NCBI GenBank assembly: GCA_964016885.1
Contig: CAXHJY010001477.1
Location: 558,001-622,000 of the forward strand
Direction: 5' to 3'
From: Eledone cirrhosa
Taxonomy: Eukaryota
DNA: 64,000 nt
Shown: in pieces, positions 9,375 to 20,800 of the stretch
Layout: each line of letters starts with the position of its first letter
How positions within the stretch are numbered: position 1 is the stretch's first letter
Position numbers and translations under genes: made by a program
The notes under the pieces: model-generated
Seen by the model: the letters and a program-made list of their open reading frames with translations, nothing else
What the model was told of the DNA's origin: nothing
Database searches by the model: none

Positions 9375-12300
9375 ATGGCTGATATAAGAGTTGGGTGTCT
9401 GAATGTACGTGGCCTGGGACTGTCTTGGAAACAAGGCAAACTTTTAAACGATCTCAGGTCGCATAGAATGGATGTAATGGCTATTTGCGAGTCCAGGAAC
9501 AGCAGCGAGCACCAACTGGCGCCCCTCTTCGACGACTTTGAGATCTTCGCATCTCTCTGTCAACCGGGGGTTGGGGGTGGAGTTGTCGTTCTGCTGCGAA
9601 AGCACCTGGGCCTCGCCATACAGAAGGTGCACCTGGACCCGGAGGGTCGACTGGTGGTTTTAGACGTCGGCAGTAGTGAAAGTGGAGCCCTTAGACTAAT
9701 AGCTGTGTACGCCCCTTTTTGGGCAGCGCGGCCGGAATACTTCCAACGTCTGGAAACTTTTCTGGGAACGTCCCGCTCCTTGCTTTTAGTGGGGGACTGG
9801 AATGGTATCCTGGATGCACGTTGGGACTATGTAGGGGCATGTGCCAATAGAGGGGGGTGTAAAAGCCTCAAAAGGTTAATCGGCCGATTCGACCTGGCCG
9901 ATAGATATCGACTAGATTTTCCGACTGTACCACTATGGACGTGGACCAATCGCAGTGGAACATCTAGGTCGTACCTAGATAGGGTCCTAGTTAGAGAGAA
10001 GGATAGGGACACATTTAGCTGTCCAAAAATGTTCATGGTTGACTATTCGGATCACAAGTTAGTGACCTGCATAGCCAACCTTGATAGAACCCATAGACAG
10101 GGACCCGGTTACTGGAAGCTGAACTTGTCCTTACCGAGAAGCAAAGCTTACAGTAAACGGATTAGCACGTTAGTTAAGCAGAGTTTGACAGGGGCAATTG
10201 TCAACAACAGGTGGTGGAGCTCTCTTAAGAGAGCAATTAGAATAGAATCGATAGGTTTTAGTCAGGAATTAGCAAGGGATAGGAACAAGACGGAAAGGGA
10301 ATTAGTAGATAGAGTAGAAGAGGCGATTAGGAGTGGCAATGTAGCCGGCGTGCTAGCATCAAGAATGGCCTTAGACCAGTTCTTTGAGGTGAAGCATGAA
10401 GGCTGCATTGTCAGGAGTAAAATACGTGCTCTGGGTAATGAGGGAGCCAAAGCTGTGAGCTGGGCCCGAGTGACAGAGGCAAGAAGTGGGAACAAGTCCA
10501 CGATTCGGTCTTTGAAGGACCAGGATGGGCGTGTGATCCTTGAACCTGGGCAGATGTGTGCGGCCTTTCAGCGGCACTTTGCACGACTGTTCGAGAGGGG
10601 CGGCGCGCCGGGTGAGACTATGGATTTCAATCCATACCTCGACGGTCTGCCGCGCCTCCCGGACGCGGAGGCGAAGTCCTGCGAAAGGACGATTTCAGCT
10701 GCTGAGATAGGGGCGGCGCTGAGCCAATGCGGCAAACGCAAATCCCCGGGTCTCGATGGTCTACCATACGAGCTATATGTAGCGATGCCGGACTTGTTCT
10801 CCGATATCCTCGAAGCGGTCTACTGCAACTGGCAGCAGAACGGGAGAATTGCCAGTTCTGTGACCAAGGGCGTAGTTACGCTGGTAAGGAAGGATGAGAA
10901 CAAGGGGGATTACATAAGTAACTTCAGGCCCATAACTCTGCTAAATACAGAGTTAAAGATTTTGACCAAGGTGTTAGCGAAGAGGTTGGCGCTTGTCGTT
11001 GGAAACCTGGTGGGAGAAGCGCAGACATGCGCAATCCCGTCCAGGTCCATTCACGACAATCTCCACCTTATGCGATACATCATAGAGAGGGTAGGGAATG
11101 AACCCGGCTTTGGTGGGGCCCTGATCAACTTGGATCAATCTAAAGCTTTCGATAGGGTTGACCATCGTTACCTGGATGCGGTGCTCACGGCGGCAGGCTT
11201 CGGACCCGTTTTCAGGGGTTGGATTGCTGCGATGCACAGCAGCAACGTCTGCTCAAGGGTCAAGGTGAACGGCCACCTCTCGGAGCCATTCCAAATCATG
11301 CGATCCATCCGACAGGGATGCCCTCTCTCCTCCCTACTGTATGTTGCTGGCTCTTGAGCCACTACTGCGGAAGTTGGAGCGGTTGCAGGGCATCCCTTTG
11401 GAACCGGGATTGCAGAAAGCGGCGTCGGCCTACGCCGATGACGTGACAGTAATGGTGTCGATAACCTCGCAAATCGGTGAGATCGGCACCTTACTGGAGG
11501 AATATGAAAGGTTTACAGGAGCCAAGCTGAACCGTGACAAGTCCGTCGGTTTGCAACTCGGAACATGGAGAGGCAAACCGATGCCCTCCAACGACGTCGT
11601 CGGACGCTGGACGGAGGGCCCGGTGAAGCTGCTTGGGGTCTGGTTCGGACCAGACCTCCAGGTGGAGAAAAACTGGAACAAGGTAACGGCCAGGGTGTTT
11701 GCACTCGCCCAGAAGTGGGCCCAGTGCAAACTATCCCTGAAAGGTCGAGCAGAGGTGGCGAATACTTATATAGCATCCGTCATCTACTACCGCCTGACCG
11801 TCGTGCCTTGCCCAGTGAAAAGACTCGCCAAAATGGAGTGCGCGCTGTTCCAATTTCTTTGGAACAAGCGGACCCCTTTGGTGAGGAGATCCATCTGCTG
11901 TCAACACCCTTCAAAAGGAGGGCTGGGGATGCTGTGGCTACAGATGCGTAAACACGCATTAAGGCTACGGCACCTCCAGGTATTCCTCACCGGTCAACCG
12001 GTGTGGGCCCCGTTTGTGAGGCGAGCCTTTCCCAGACTCGTCTCGCTCACCGAGCTGCAATCCTGGGTCAAGCAAAGACTGAGAAAAGTGGGCGACTGGC
12101 ACATTGAATGTGCCCAGGCGCTCACGGCCCTCTGGAAAGCGGACCCGGCAATCAGTGGAGACTCCACCTCGACATTCTATAGAGGGTTGGTACGCAGCAG
12201 GTGTGACAATGCTCTCGGAGAAGTTCTAGGCATGGAGAAAGATGAACTGGCCAGTCTGTTCGGTAGGACGTTTGGCCCTGGACCGATGGACAACTTCCAA

Positions 12301-12812
12301 AAGTCCCTGGCTTAGCAGTGCTACCGAGGGGCTCTACCCGTTCGAGACAAGCTCCACAGGCATGGGAGCCTGGGTAGTGATCCTTTGAATAAGATCTGTC
12401 CGAGATGCGTGCATGACGACGAAACCGTTGCGCACGCATTCGTACACTGCCCAGACATTGCTGACCTGTGGGGCTATGTGGAACGACTACTGTCGAGGGT
12501 GGTACCAATCCGGTTGACCACCGAGTCCATTGTCACGATCAAACCGCGTCTCCTTTCAAAAACGAAGGAGAGGCGGTTTTTCTCTGTGTGATAGCCATGG
12601 CTAAAGAAGTTGTATGGTGGACGAGGCTGAAAGGGCTGAGGTCAGACACCTTTCTCTCTGGCCAACAACTGGTCCCCCTTTTCAAATACCATTTTAAAAG
12701 AAGGATCAGAATGGAGAGAGAGGTGCTCTACCCCAGCAAGTTTTATGAAAGGTGGGTGAAAGTAGGGAGAATGGCCAGAGTGAATGGGTCTTCTCTCTAT
12801 ATCAGCCTGTAG
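9375..12812 (+). pseudogene. L1/Tx1 ORF2 (APE endonuclease-reverse transcriptase-zinc finger), three lesions
   Basis: CLNVRGL, VYAP, GDWN, SYLDR, SDH (APE). KSPGLDG, FRPITLLN, DQSKAFDRV, RQGCPLS, YADD (RT). CPRC..ETVAHAFVHC finger. Frameshift near 11345, TAG at 12313-12315, frameshift near 12545. Confidence 0.92.
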
Positions 12813-13049
12813 GTGAAAGAAGAGGAAAAAGAGGAGACGAGGGAAGCACCTACTCTTTGTGCTCCTGAGGAGAAGGGTTGCACATTTTTTCCGGGGTGTG
12901 TGCGACCCATGTTAATGCCCCCTCCCTATTGAGGACTTTGTTTGTTGTTGTTATTTCATTGTTATATTTTTGTACTCGTGAATTATATGTAAACTTCGCC
13001 CCTTGTATCTGTCCCTACCTTTTGTGACCTGGTGGCAAATAAAGAAATC

Positions 13050-13320
13050 ACTCTATATATACTATTGTATTGTCACAGTAAAGGCTTTACATCACAATAT
13101 CTCACATAACATTTACATTACTCTATATATACTATTGTATTTTCACAGTAAAGGCTTTACCTCACATAATATCTCACATAACATTTACATTACTCTATAT
13201 ATATATATACTATTGTATTTTCACAGTAAAGGCTTTACCTCACATAATATCTCACATAACATTTACATTACTCTATATATACTATTGTATTTTCACAGTA
13301 AAGGCTTTACCTCACATCAT
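13050..13320. repeat. 72-bp AT-rich minisatellite, right part
   Basis: About 3.7 units with spacings 70, 72 and 78 bp. Confidence 0.88.
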
Positions 13321-13624
13321 ATCAAATCTATGATATTTTGATGTTATTTATTTTGAGAACAAATCCTTAACATCAGTATGAGTGGTCAGTTACACCCAGT
13401 TTGAACAGAAAGAAGAGAGAGAATCTGGCCAGATATGGGTGTTTAAATGCTAGTGTTAAAGATGGTTTTGGACCCATAAACAGCCTGTGAAATAACACCA
13501 ACTCAGCTGTTGAACTAAAGACATGGTAGTTAAAGAATGTGTGTATTATCTTATTTGTCTTATTTGTTTGAGGCACCACCAGTAATACTACATGCTATAT
13601 TACTGGTACTGCTAATTAATAAAT

Positions 13625-15232
13625 TAACTACTTCTTCGCTCATTTGTTCCTGAGAGATTCGTTGGGACAAAGTCCTCAAACACTCCCTCCAGCGGGTCCT
13701 ATCAGAAGCAACCATCTCCAGCTGATCCAGCTGGCTCCCCAAGCTCATGGATGTTATCCCAACCATCTTCCTCGAGGTCTACGCCTGGGTCTCCTGCTGG
13801 TTGGTTCTGCCCGTAAAATCTGTCCAGTGATTCTTACCTGAAACATTCTAACCACATGTCCATAGTATCAGAGCTGTGATCTCTCAATTCAGATAAGTAA
13901 CAGCTCTACCTGGAGTGACTCTCCAGTGATTCTTACCTGAGACATTCTAACCACATGTCCATAGTATCAGAGCTGTGATCTCTCAATTCAGATAAGTAGC
14001 AGCTCTACCTGGAGTGACTCTCCAGTGATTCTTACCTGAGACATTCTAACCACATGTCCATAGTATCAGAGCTGTGATCTCTCAATCCAAAGAAGTAACA
14101 GCTCTACCTGGAGTGACTCTCCAGTGATTCTTACCTGAGACATTCTAACCACATGTCCATAGTATCAGAGCTGTGATCTCTCAATTCAGAGAAGTAACAG
14201 CTCTACCTGGAGTGACTCTCCAGTGATTCTTACCTGAGACATTCTAACCACATGTCCATAGTATCAGAGCTGTGATCTCTCAATTCAGAGAAGTAGCAGC
14301 TCTACCTGGAGTGACTCTCTAGTGATTCTTTCCTGAGACATTCTAACCACATGTCCATAGTATCAGAGCTGTGATCTCTCAATTCAGAGAAGTAGGGGCT
14401 CTACCTGGAGTGACTCTCCAGTGATTCTTTCCTGAGACATTCTAACCACATGTCCATAGTATCAGAGCTGTGATCTCTCAATTCAGAGAAGTAGGGGCTC
14501 TACCTGGAGTGACTCTCCAGTGATTCTTTCCTGAGACATTCTAACCACATGTCCATAGTATCAGAGCTGTGATCTCTCAATTCAGAGAAGTAGGGGCTCT
14601 ACCTGGAGTGACTCTCCAGTGATTCTTTCCTGAGACATTCTAACCACATGTCCATAGTATCAGAGCTGTGATCTCTCAATTCAGAGAAGTAGGGGCTCTA
14701 CCTGGAGTGACTCTCTAGTGATTATTTCCTGAGACATTCTAACCACATGTCCATAGTATCAGAGCTGTGATCTCTCAATTCAGAGAAGTAGGGGCTCTAC
14801 CTGGAGTGACTCTCCAGTGATTCTTTCCTGAGACATTCTAACCACATGTCCATAGTATCAGAGCTGTGATCTCTCAATTCAGAGAAGTAGGGGCTCTACC
14901 TGGAGTGACTCTCCAGTGATTCTTACCTGAGACATTCTAACCACATGTCCATAGTATCAGAGCTGTGATCTCTCAATTCAGAGAAGTAACAGCTCTACCT
15001 GGAGTGACTCTCCAGTGATTCTTTCCTGAGACATTCTAACCACATGTCCATATTATCAGAGCTGTGATCTCTCAATTCAGAGAAGTAGGGGCTCTACCTG
15101 GAGTGACTCTCTAGTGATTCTTTCCTGAGACATTCTAACCACATGTCCATAGTATCAGAGCTGTGATCTCTCAATTCAGAGAAGTAGTGGCTCTCTGATC
15201 TCCGAGCTACGCACTTTATCAGGTAATGTTAA
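13625..15232 (-). mobile_element. 3' fragment of a third RTE-like LINE containing an internally amplified coding segment
   Basis: Minus strand reads TLPDKVRSSEIRE..PLLL*IERSQL*YYGHVVRMSQ...RITGQILRAEPTSRRPRRRPRGRWL...MVASDRTRWRECL. Confidence 0.8.
13823..15194. repeat. 99-bp minisatellite, about 14 near-identical copies, derived from RTE coding sequence
   Basis: Period 99 (13823 to 13922). Unit translates on the minus strand as ESLQVEPLLL*IERSQL*YYGHVVRMSQERITG. Confidence 0.95.
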
Positions 15233-15289
15233 CTATAAGGATAAATATAAAATATGTTCCAGATAATATCAATACTAGGATCTGTAAAC

Positions 15290-15690
15290 ATTGGTAGCCT
15301 GGATTCGTCCCACTGAGTGGCATTTTGGGCAATTGTCATTATAGCTTCGGGTTAACCCAAGCCTTGTCAGTGGGGTAGATGGAAACTGTTTGGAAACCTG
15401 TCAAATGAACTGTACCTATAATTCAAATGTTGGGTTTCTCCCTGGGAATTACATAAAGGATGCACATATCTGTGGAACACTGCCATTTACATGTTAATTT
15501 CACAAGCTGTCCCTGTGAATCAAAGGGCCATCCATGTCATACACTGTGTCATACTGAATCTCCCTGACAATTACATTAAGAGTACATGTGTCAGTGGAAT
15601 ACTCAGCCACAAACATTTTAATTTAATGAGCTAGATGTTCCATTGCTCAAACAACTGGAACACTCATCCTCAAAACCAACACAGGTCCAT
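15290..15690 (+). mobile_element. degenerate SINE (family B-related) with internal duplication
   Basis: Two copies of the TTACAT.AAG..T.CA..T.T..GTGGAA.ACT motif shared with 5097-5352. Confidence 0.55.
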
Positions 15691-16082
15691 TTCATTGTTA
15701 AAGAATTCTCACACAATTAATTTTAAATATTTTTGGTAACCCAACCGTTTGGATAGCAACCCACACAAGACCACCTATTTTAAAGGGTTCCTTAGAAAGA
15801 ATACTCAAGGAGTGTGGGAGAATGCTCTCTGGTATGCAGAACTCCAGACACAAGCCATTACGGTCAGAGTAGACAGAATGGAGATAGCATTACCCCAGAG
15901 AATTCCAATTTGTGGGGCTCATTCCTGAAGGTTGCCAACTCTACCCTGATGGAGTAGAAGGTGGGATGGAAACCAACAATGCCACAAGTCTCCATTGCTA
16001 CAGGCTTCTTTCTAAATCAAAATCTTCTGACATACTTTTTTATAAAAACTATAAGTTATGTCACAAACACCATCTTCATAAT

Positions 16083-16210
16083 TGTTTCTACGTTTGGCAC
16101 AAGGCCAGCAATTACCCAGTGTATTACTGGTACTTTATTTCATCAACCCCATGAAGATGAAAGGCGAAGTTAACCTCAGCGAGAGTTGAACTCAGAACGT
16201 AAAGGGGCAT
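16083..16210 (-). mobile_element. SINE family A
   Basis: Reverse-complement homologue of 4197-4312. Confidence 0.75.
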
Positions 16211-16519
16211 AACTCTATGGCCCTTTACCATCTTAATAATGAAATAATTTTCATTCATCATTTCCAAATTGTTCATTAATTAATTCAAATACAGTATATT
16301 TTATTAGAAATATGGTAATGAAACAGTGAACCCTCTTTAAACCCTGAACATTCTCATTAACCCTCCTTGCTAACCCTGAATAGCTCAATACATTTCTTTC
16401 AGTAAATGTTTTTGTTAAACCTCAAATATGTCTATGTATTTTCTCCAAGGTGTACCTAATTCTTGTTTCAACAAAAGAAACTCCTGGTATATTTGTCGAA
16501 CCATTAATAATTCTTTCTA

Positions 16520-16922
16520 ACATTGGCATATGACCAGCAATTCAGAAGGAAGGAGGGAAAAGTTGATTATATTGACCCTAGTGTTTAACTGGTACATTAT
16601 GTTACTAAACTTGGGAGCATGAAAGACAAAGTTCACCCCAAAGAGATTTTAACTCAGAATATAGAAAGTTATAACTAAATACCACAAAGTATTTTGTCAG
16701 ATACTCTACAGATTCTGCCAATCCACTACCCTCATGTCAAAACATTAATAATAATTCGAATAATGGTTTCTCATTTAGACTAGTAATTTTGGTACTTTAT
16801 TTTGACCCCATAAGTATGAAATGCACAATTGATCTTGGTAGGATTTGAACTTAGAACATGGAGAACCTGTACAAATACTGTATGGTATTTTGTCTGACAT
16901 TTTACTGATTCTGCCAATCCAA
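16520..16922 (-). mobile_element. two older SINE family A copies (about 16520-16730 and 16790-16922)
   Basis: GGTAC.TTAT...ATGAAA..CA.A.TT...GATTT.AACT.AGAA...GATTCTGCCAATCCA occurs twice. Confidence 0.6.
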
Positions 16923-16959
16923 ACAACTAGACCAGACTTGAAATAGAAATGTTATGAGA

Positions 16960-17460
16960 GCTCACTCAACCATCTTTTGTATATGGATGACCTCAAGTTG
17001 TATACTGCAAATGATAAACAAAACACACTGCTATAGACAATACACAAATTTACTAGAGGAATTAATAGGAGATTCAGATGAGAAAATCCACCAACCACCT
17101 CGAAAAGACAAACATTAATTAAGAACAATATCATTCTAGATAAAGATACAAGGATAAAAGAATTATATCATACACAGACTTATTGATACTTAATAATTAA
17201 TGAACTAGACAATGTACAACACACAAATGAAAGAAAAAGATATAAAGAAATATTATAGATGTATTAGATTAATATTTAAAACAGAAATAAATTCCAAAAG
17301 AAATATGGTCATAATCATCAATACTGTAGCTGTCTCAGTAATAAGTTATATATTCTCAAGTGGACACTAAACAAACTAGCAAGAATAGTCAGAAAAAAAT
17401 TACAAAAATATAAGGACTGCTTTTAGAATAAAACTACCCAAAATTAGATAGAGAACCTAA
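16960..17460 (+). mobile_element. highly decayed RT fragment, R4/Dong-like non-LTR element
   Basis: LNHLLYMDDLKLYTANDKQ at about 16965-17021, later INTVAVSVISY. The YMDDLKLY signature fits RLE-type R4-like RTs. Confidence 0.6.
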
Positions 17461-17877
17461 CAAATACAAAATAGAGGCTGAAATGACAATTGTGAAGGAA
17501 CTGTAAGAGATGGAATAGTGAAGAGAGTATTGCTAGCTATTCTCTGTAGCTTTCACTATAACTGTGAGGTACAATTGAATTACACCATCCAGCCATCAAT
17601 GCAAAGTTTATCCACACCTTATTTCTCTCCACTCTCCTTTTTTCTTTTTGCCATTATGATTTTGTTAATGAATTTTAAAAATTTTAAAAGTCAGGCCAAC
17701 CATGGTAGTTTATTTTAAATAGTAGTGTGTCACTTTGAGAGTGATTTCACTATGTTTGACCCCTTAAAACTGTTGTGAAGGGATAAGAGTAACAACAGAA
17801 ATTGTGAAATTACTAAATATGGTATTACAAAATTCCAGTCTAAATCAATAAGAAAAGACAGAGGCATATTCTATCTG

Positions 17878-20800
17878 GTTGCCCAGACTTAGACAAGGGA
17901 GTATAGGTGTAAGTATTAGACAAGGGAGTTGCCCAGTCTTAGACAAGGGAGTATAGATGTAAATATTGGACAAGGGAGTTACCCAGACTTAGACAATGGT
18001 GTTGTCCAGACTTAGACAAGGGTGTTGTCCAGACTTAGACAAGGGAGTTACCCAGACTTAGAAAAGGGTGTTGTCCAGACTTAGACAAGGGATTTACCCA
18101 GGCTTAGACAAGGGAGTTGCCCAAACATAGACAAGAGAGTTACCCAGATTTAGAGAAGGGAGTTGTCCAGACTTAGACAAGGCAGTTGTCCAGACTTAGA
18201 CAAGGGAGTTACCCAGACTTAGACAAGGGAATATAGGTGTAAATATTAGACAAGGGAGTTTCCCAGACTTAGACAAGGGAGTTTACCAGACTTAGACAAG
18301 GGAGTTCCTAAACTTAGACAAGGGAGTTGTCCAGAATTAAAAAAAGGGTGTTACCCAGACTTAGACAAGGGTGTTGCCCAGACTTAGACAAGGGAGTTGC
18401 CCAGACTTAGACAAGGCAGTTGTCCAGACTTAAACAAGAGTGTTGTCCAGACTTAGACAAGGGATTTGCCCAGACTTTGACAAGGGAGTTACCCATACTT
18501 AGACAAGGGGGTTGCCCAGATTAGAAAAGGGTGTGGTCCAGACTTCGACAAGGGGGTTACCCAGACATAGACAAGGGTGTTGTCCAGACTTAGACAAGGG
18601 TGTTGTCCAGACTTAGACAAGGGTGTTGTCCAGACTTAGACAAGGGAGTTGCTCAGACTTAGACAAGGGAGTTGCCCAGACTTAGACAAGGGTGTTGTCC
18701 AGACTTAGACAAGGGTGTTGTCCAGACTTAGACAAGGGTGTTGTCCAGACTTAGACAAGGGTGTTGTCCAGACTTAGACAAGGGAGTTGACCAGACTTAA
18801 ACAAGGGAGTTGCCCAGACTTAGACAAGCCAGTTGTCCAGACGTAGACAAGGGAGTTACCCAGACTTAGACAAGGGAGTTACCCAGAATTAGACAAGGGA
18901 GTTGTCCAGACTTAGACAAGGGAGTTGTCCAGACTTAGACAAGGGAGTTACCCAGATGTAGACAAGGGAGTTGCCCAGACTTAGACAAGGGAGTTGCCCA
19001 GATCTAGACAAGGGAGTTGTCCAGACTTAGACAAGGGAGTTGCCCACACTTAGACAAGGGAGTTACTCAGACTTAGACAAAGGAGTGTAGGTATAAATAT
19101 TTGACAAGGGAGTTGCCCAGATTGAACAAGGGAGTTCCCAGACTTAGACAAGGGAGTTGCTCAGACTTAGACAAGGGAGTTACCCAGAATTAGACAAGGG
19201 AGTTGCCCAGACTGAGACAAGGCAGTTGTCCAAACTTAAACAAAAGTGTTGCCCAGACATAGACAAGGGAGTTGTCCAGACTTAGACAAGGGAGTTGTCC
19301 AGAATTAGACAAGGGAGTTACCCAGACTTAGACAAGGGAGTTGCCAAGACTAAGACAAGGCAGTTGTCCAAACTTAATCAAAAGTGTTGCCCAGACATAG
19401 ACAAGGGAGTTGTCCAGACTTAGACAAGGGATTTTCCCAGACTTAGACTAGGGAGTTGCCCAGACTTAGACAAGAAGTTGCCCAGACTTAGACAAGGGAG
19501 TTGCCCAGACTTAGACAAGAGTGTTGTCCTGACTTAGACAAGGGAGTTGCCCAGACTTAGACAAGGGTGTTGTCCAGACTTAGACAAGGGTGTTGTCCAG
19601 ACTTAGACAAGGGAGTTGACCAGACTTAAACAAGGGAGTTGCCCAGACTTAGACAAGCCAGTTGTCCAGACGTAGACAAGGTAGTTGCCCAAACTTAGAC
19701 AAGGGAGTTGTCAAGACTTAGACAAGGGAGTTACCCAGACATAGACAAGGGAGTTGTCCAGACTTAGACAACAGTGTTGCCCAGACCTAGACAAGGCAGT
19801 TGTACAGACTTAGACAAGGGAGTTGCCCAGACGTAGACAGGGGAATTGCCCAGACTTTCACAAGGGAGTTGCCCAGACTTAGACAAGGGAGTTGCCCAGA
19901 CTTAGACAAGGGAGTTGTCCAGACTTAGACAAGGGTGTTGTCCAGATTTAGACAAGGGTGTTGTCCAGACTTCGACAAGGGTGTTGTCCAGACTTAGACG
20001 AGGGTGTTGCCCAGACTTAGACAAGGGAGATGTCCAGACTTAGACAAGGGAGTTGTCCAGACTTAGACAAGGGTGTTGCCCAGACTTAGACAAAGGAGTT
20101 GCCCAGACTTAGACAAGGCAGATTCCCAGACTTAGACAAACCAGTGGTCCAGACTTAAACAAGAGTGTTGCCAAAATTAGACAAGGCTGTTACTCAGACT
20201 TAGACAACGGTGTTGTCCAGACTTAGACAAGGGTGTTGTCCAGACTTAGACAACGGTGTTGTCCAGACTTAGACAAGGGTGTTGTCCAGACTTAGACAAG
20301 GGAGTTACCCAGACTTAGACAAGGGAGTTGCCAAGACTGAGACAAGGCAGTTGTCCAAACTTAAACAAAAGTGTTGCCCAGACATAGACAAGGGAGTTGT
20401 CCAGACTTAGACAAGGGATTTTCCCAGACTTAGACTAGGGAGTTGCCCAGACTTAGACAAGAAGTTGCCCAGACTTAGACAAGGGAGTTGCCCAGACTTA
20501 GACAAGAGTGTTGTCCAGACTTAGACAAGGGAGTTGCCCAGACTTAGAAAAGGGTGTTGTCCAGACTTAGACAAGGGATTTACCCAGGCTTAGACAAGGG
20601 TGTTGCCCAAACATAGACAAGAGAGTTACCCAGATTTAGAGAAGGGAGTTGTCCAGACTTAGACAAGGCAGTTGTCCAGACTTAGACAAGGGAGTTACCC
20701 AGACTTAGACAAGGGAATATAGGTGTAAATATTAGACAAGGGAGTTTCCCAGACTTAAACAAGGGAGTTCCTAAACTTAGACAAGGGAGTTGTCCAGAAT

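Larger units (their letters stand above)
7433..13048 (+). mobile_element. apparently full-length L1/Tx1-type non-LTR retrotransposon (about 5.6 kb)
   Basis: 5' UTR, ORF1 with CCHC knuckle, ORF2 with APE endonuclease + RT + C-terminal CCHC finger, 3' UTR ending AATAAA (13038-13043). Flanked on both sides by the same minisatellite. Confidence 0.92.

Noticed and set aside
1176-12315. Trp-to-stop lesions (TGA 1176, TAG 12313) as A-to-I-repairable switches
   Set aside because: TGG is one transition from a stop, so this is the expected decay. Both elements also carry frameshifts that editing cannot fix.
15700-16010. GC-elevated unique stretch as an extra PDZD8 exon
   Set aside because: Exons 2 and 3 already join with no gap in the peptide, and I see no recognisable translation. 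Probably an unidentified TE relic.
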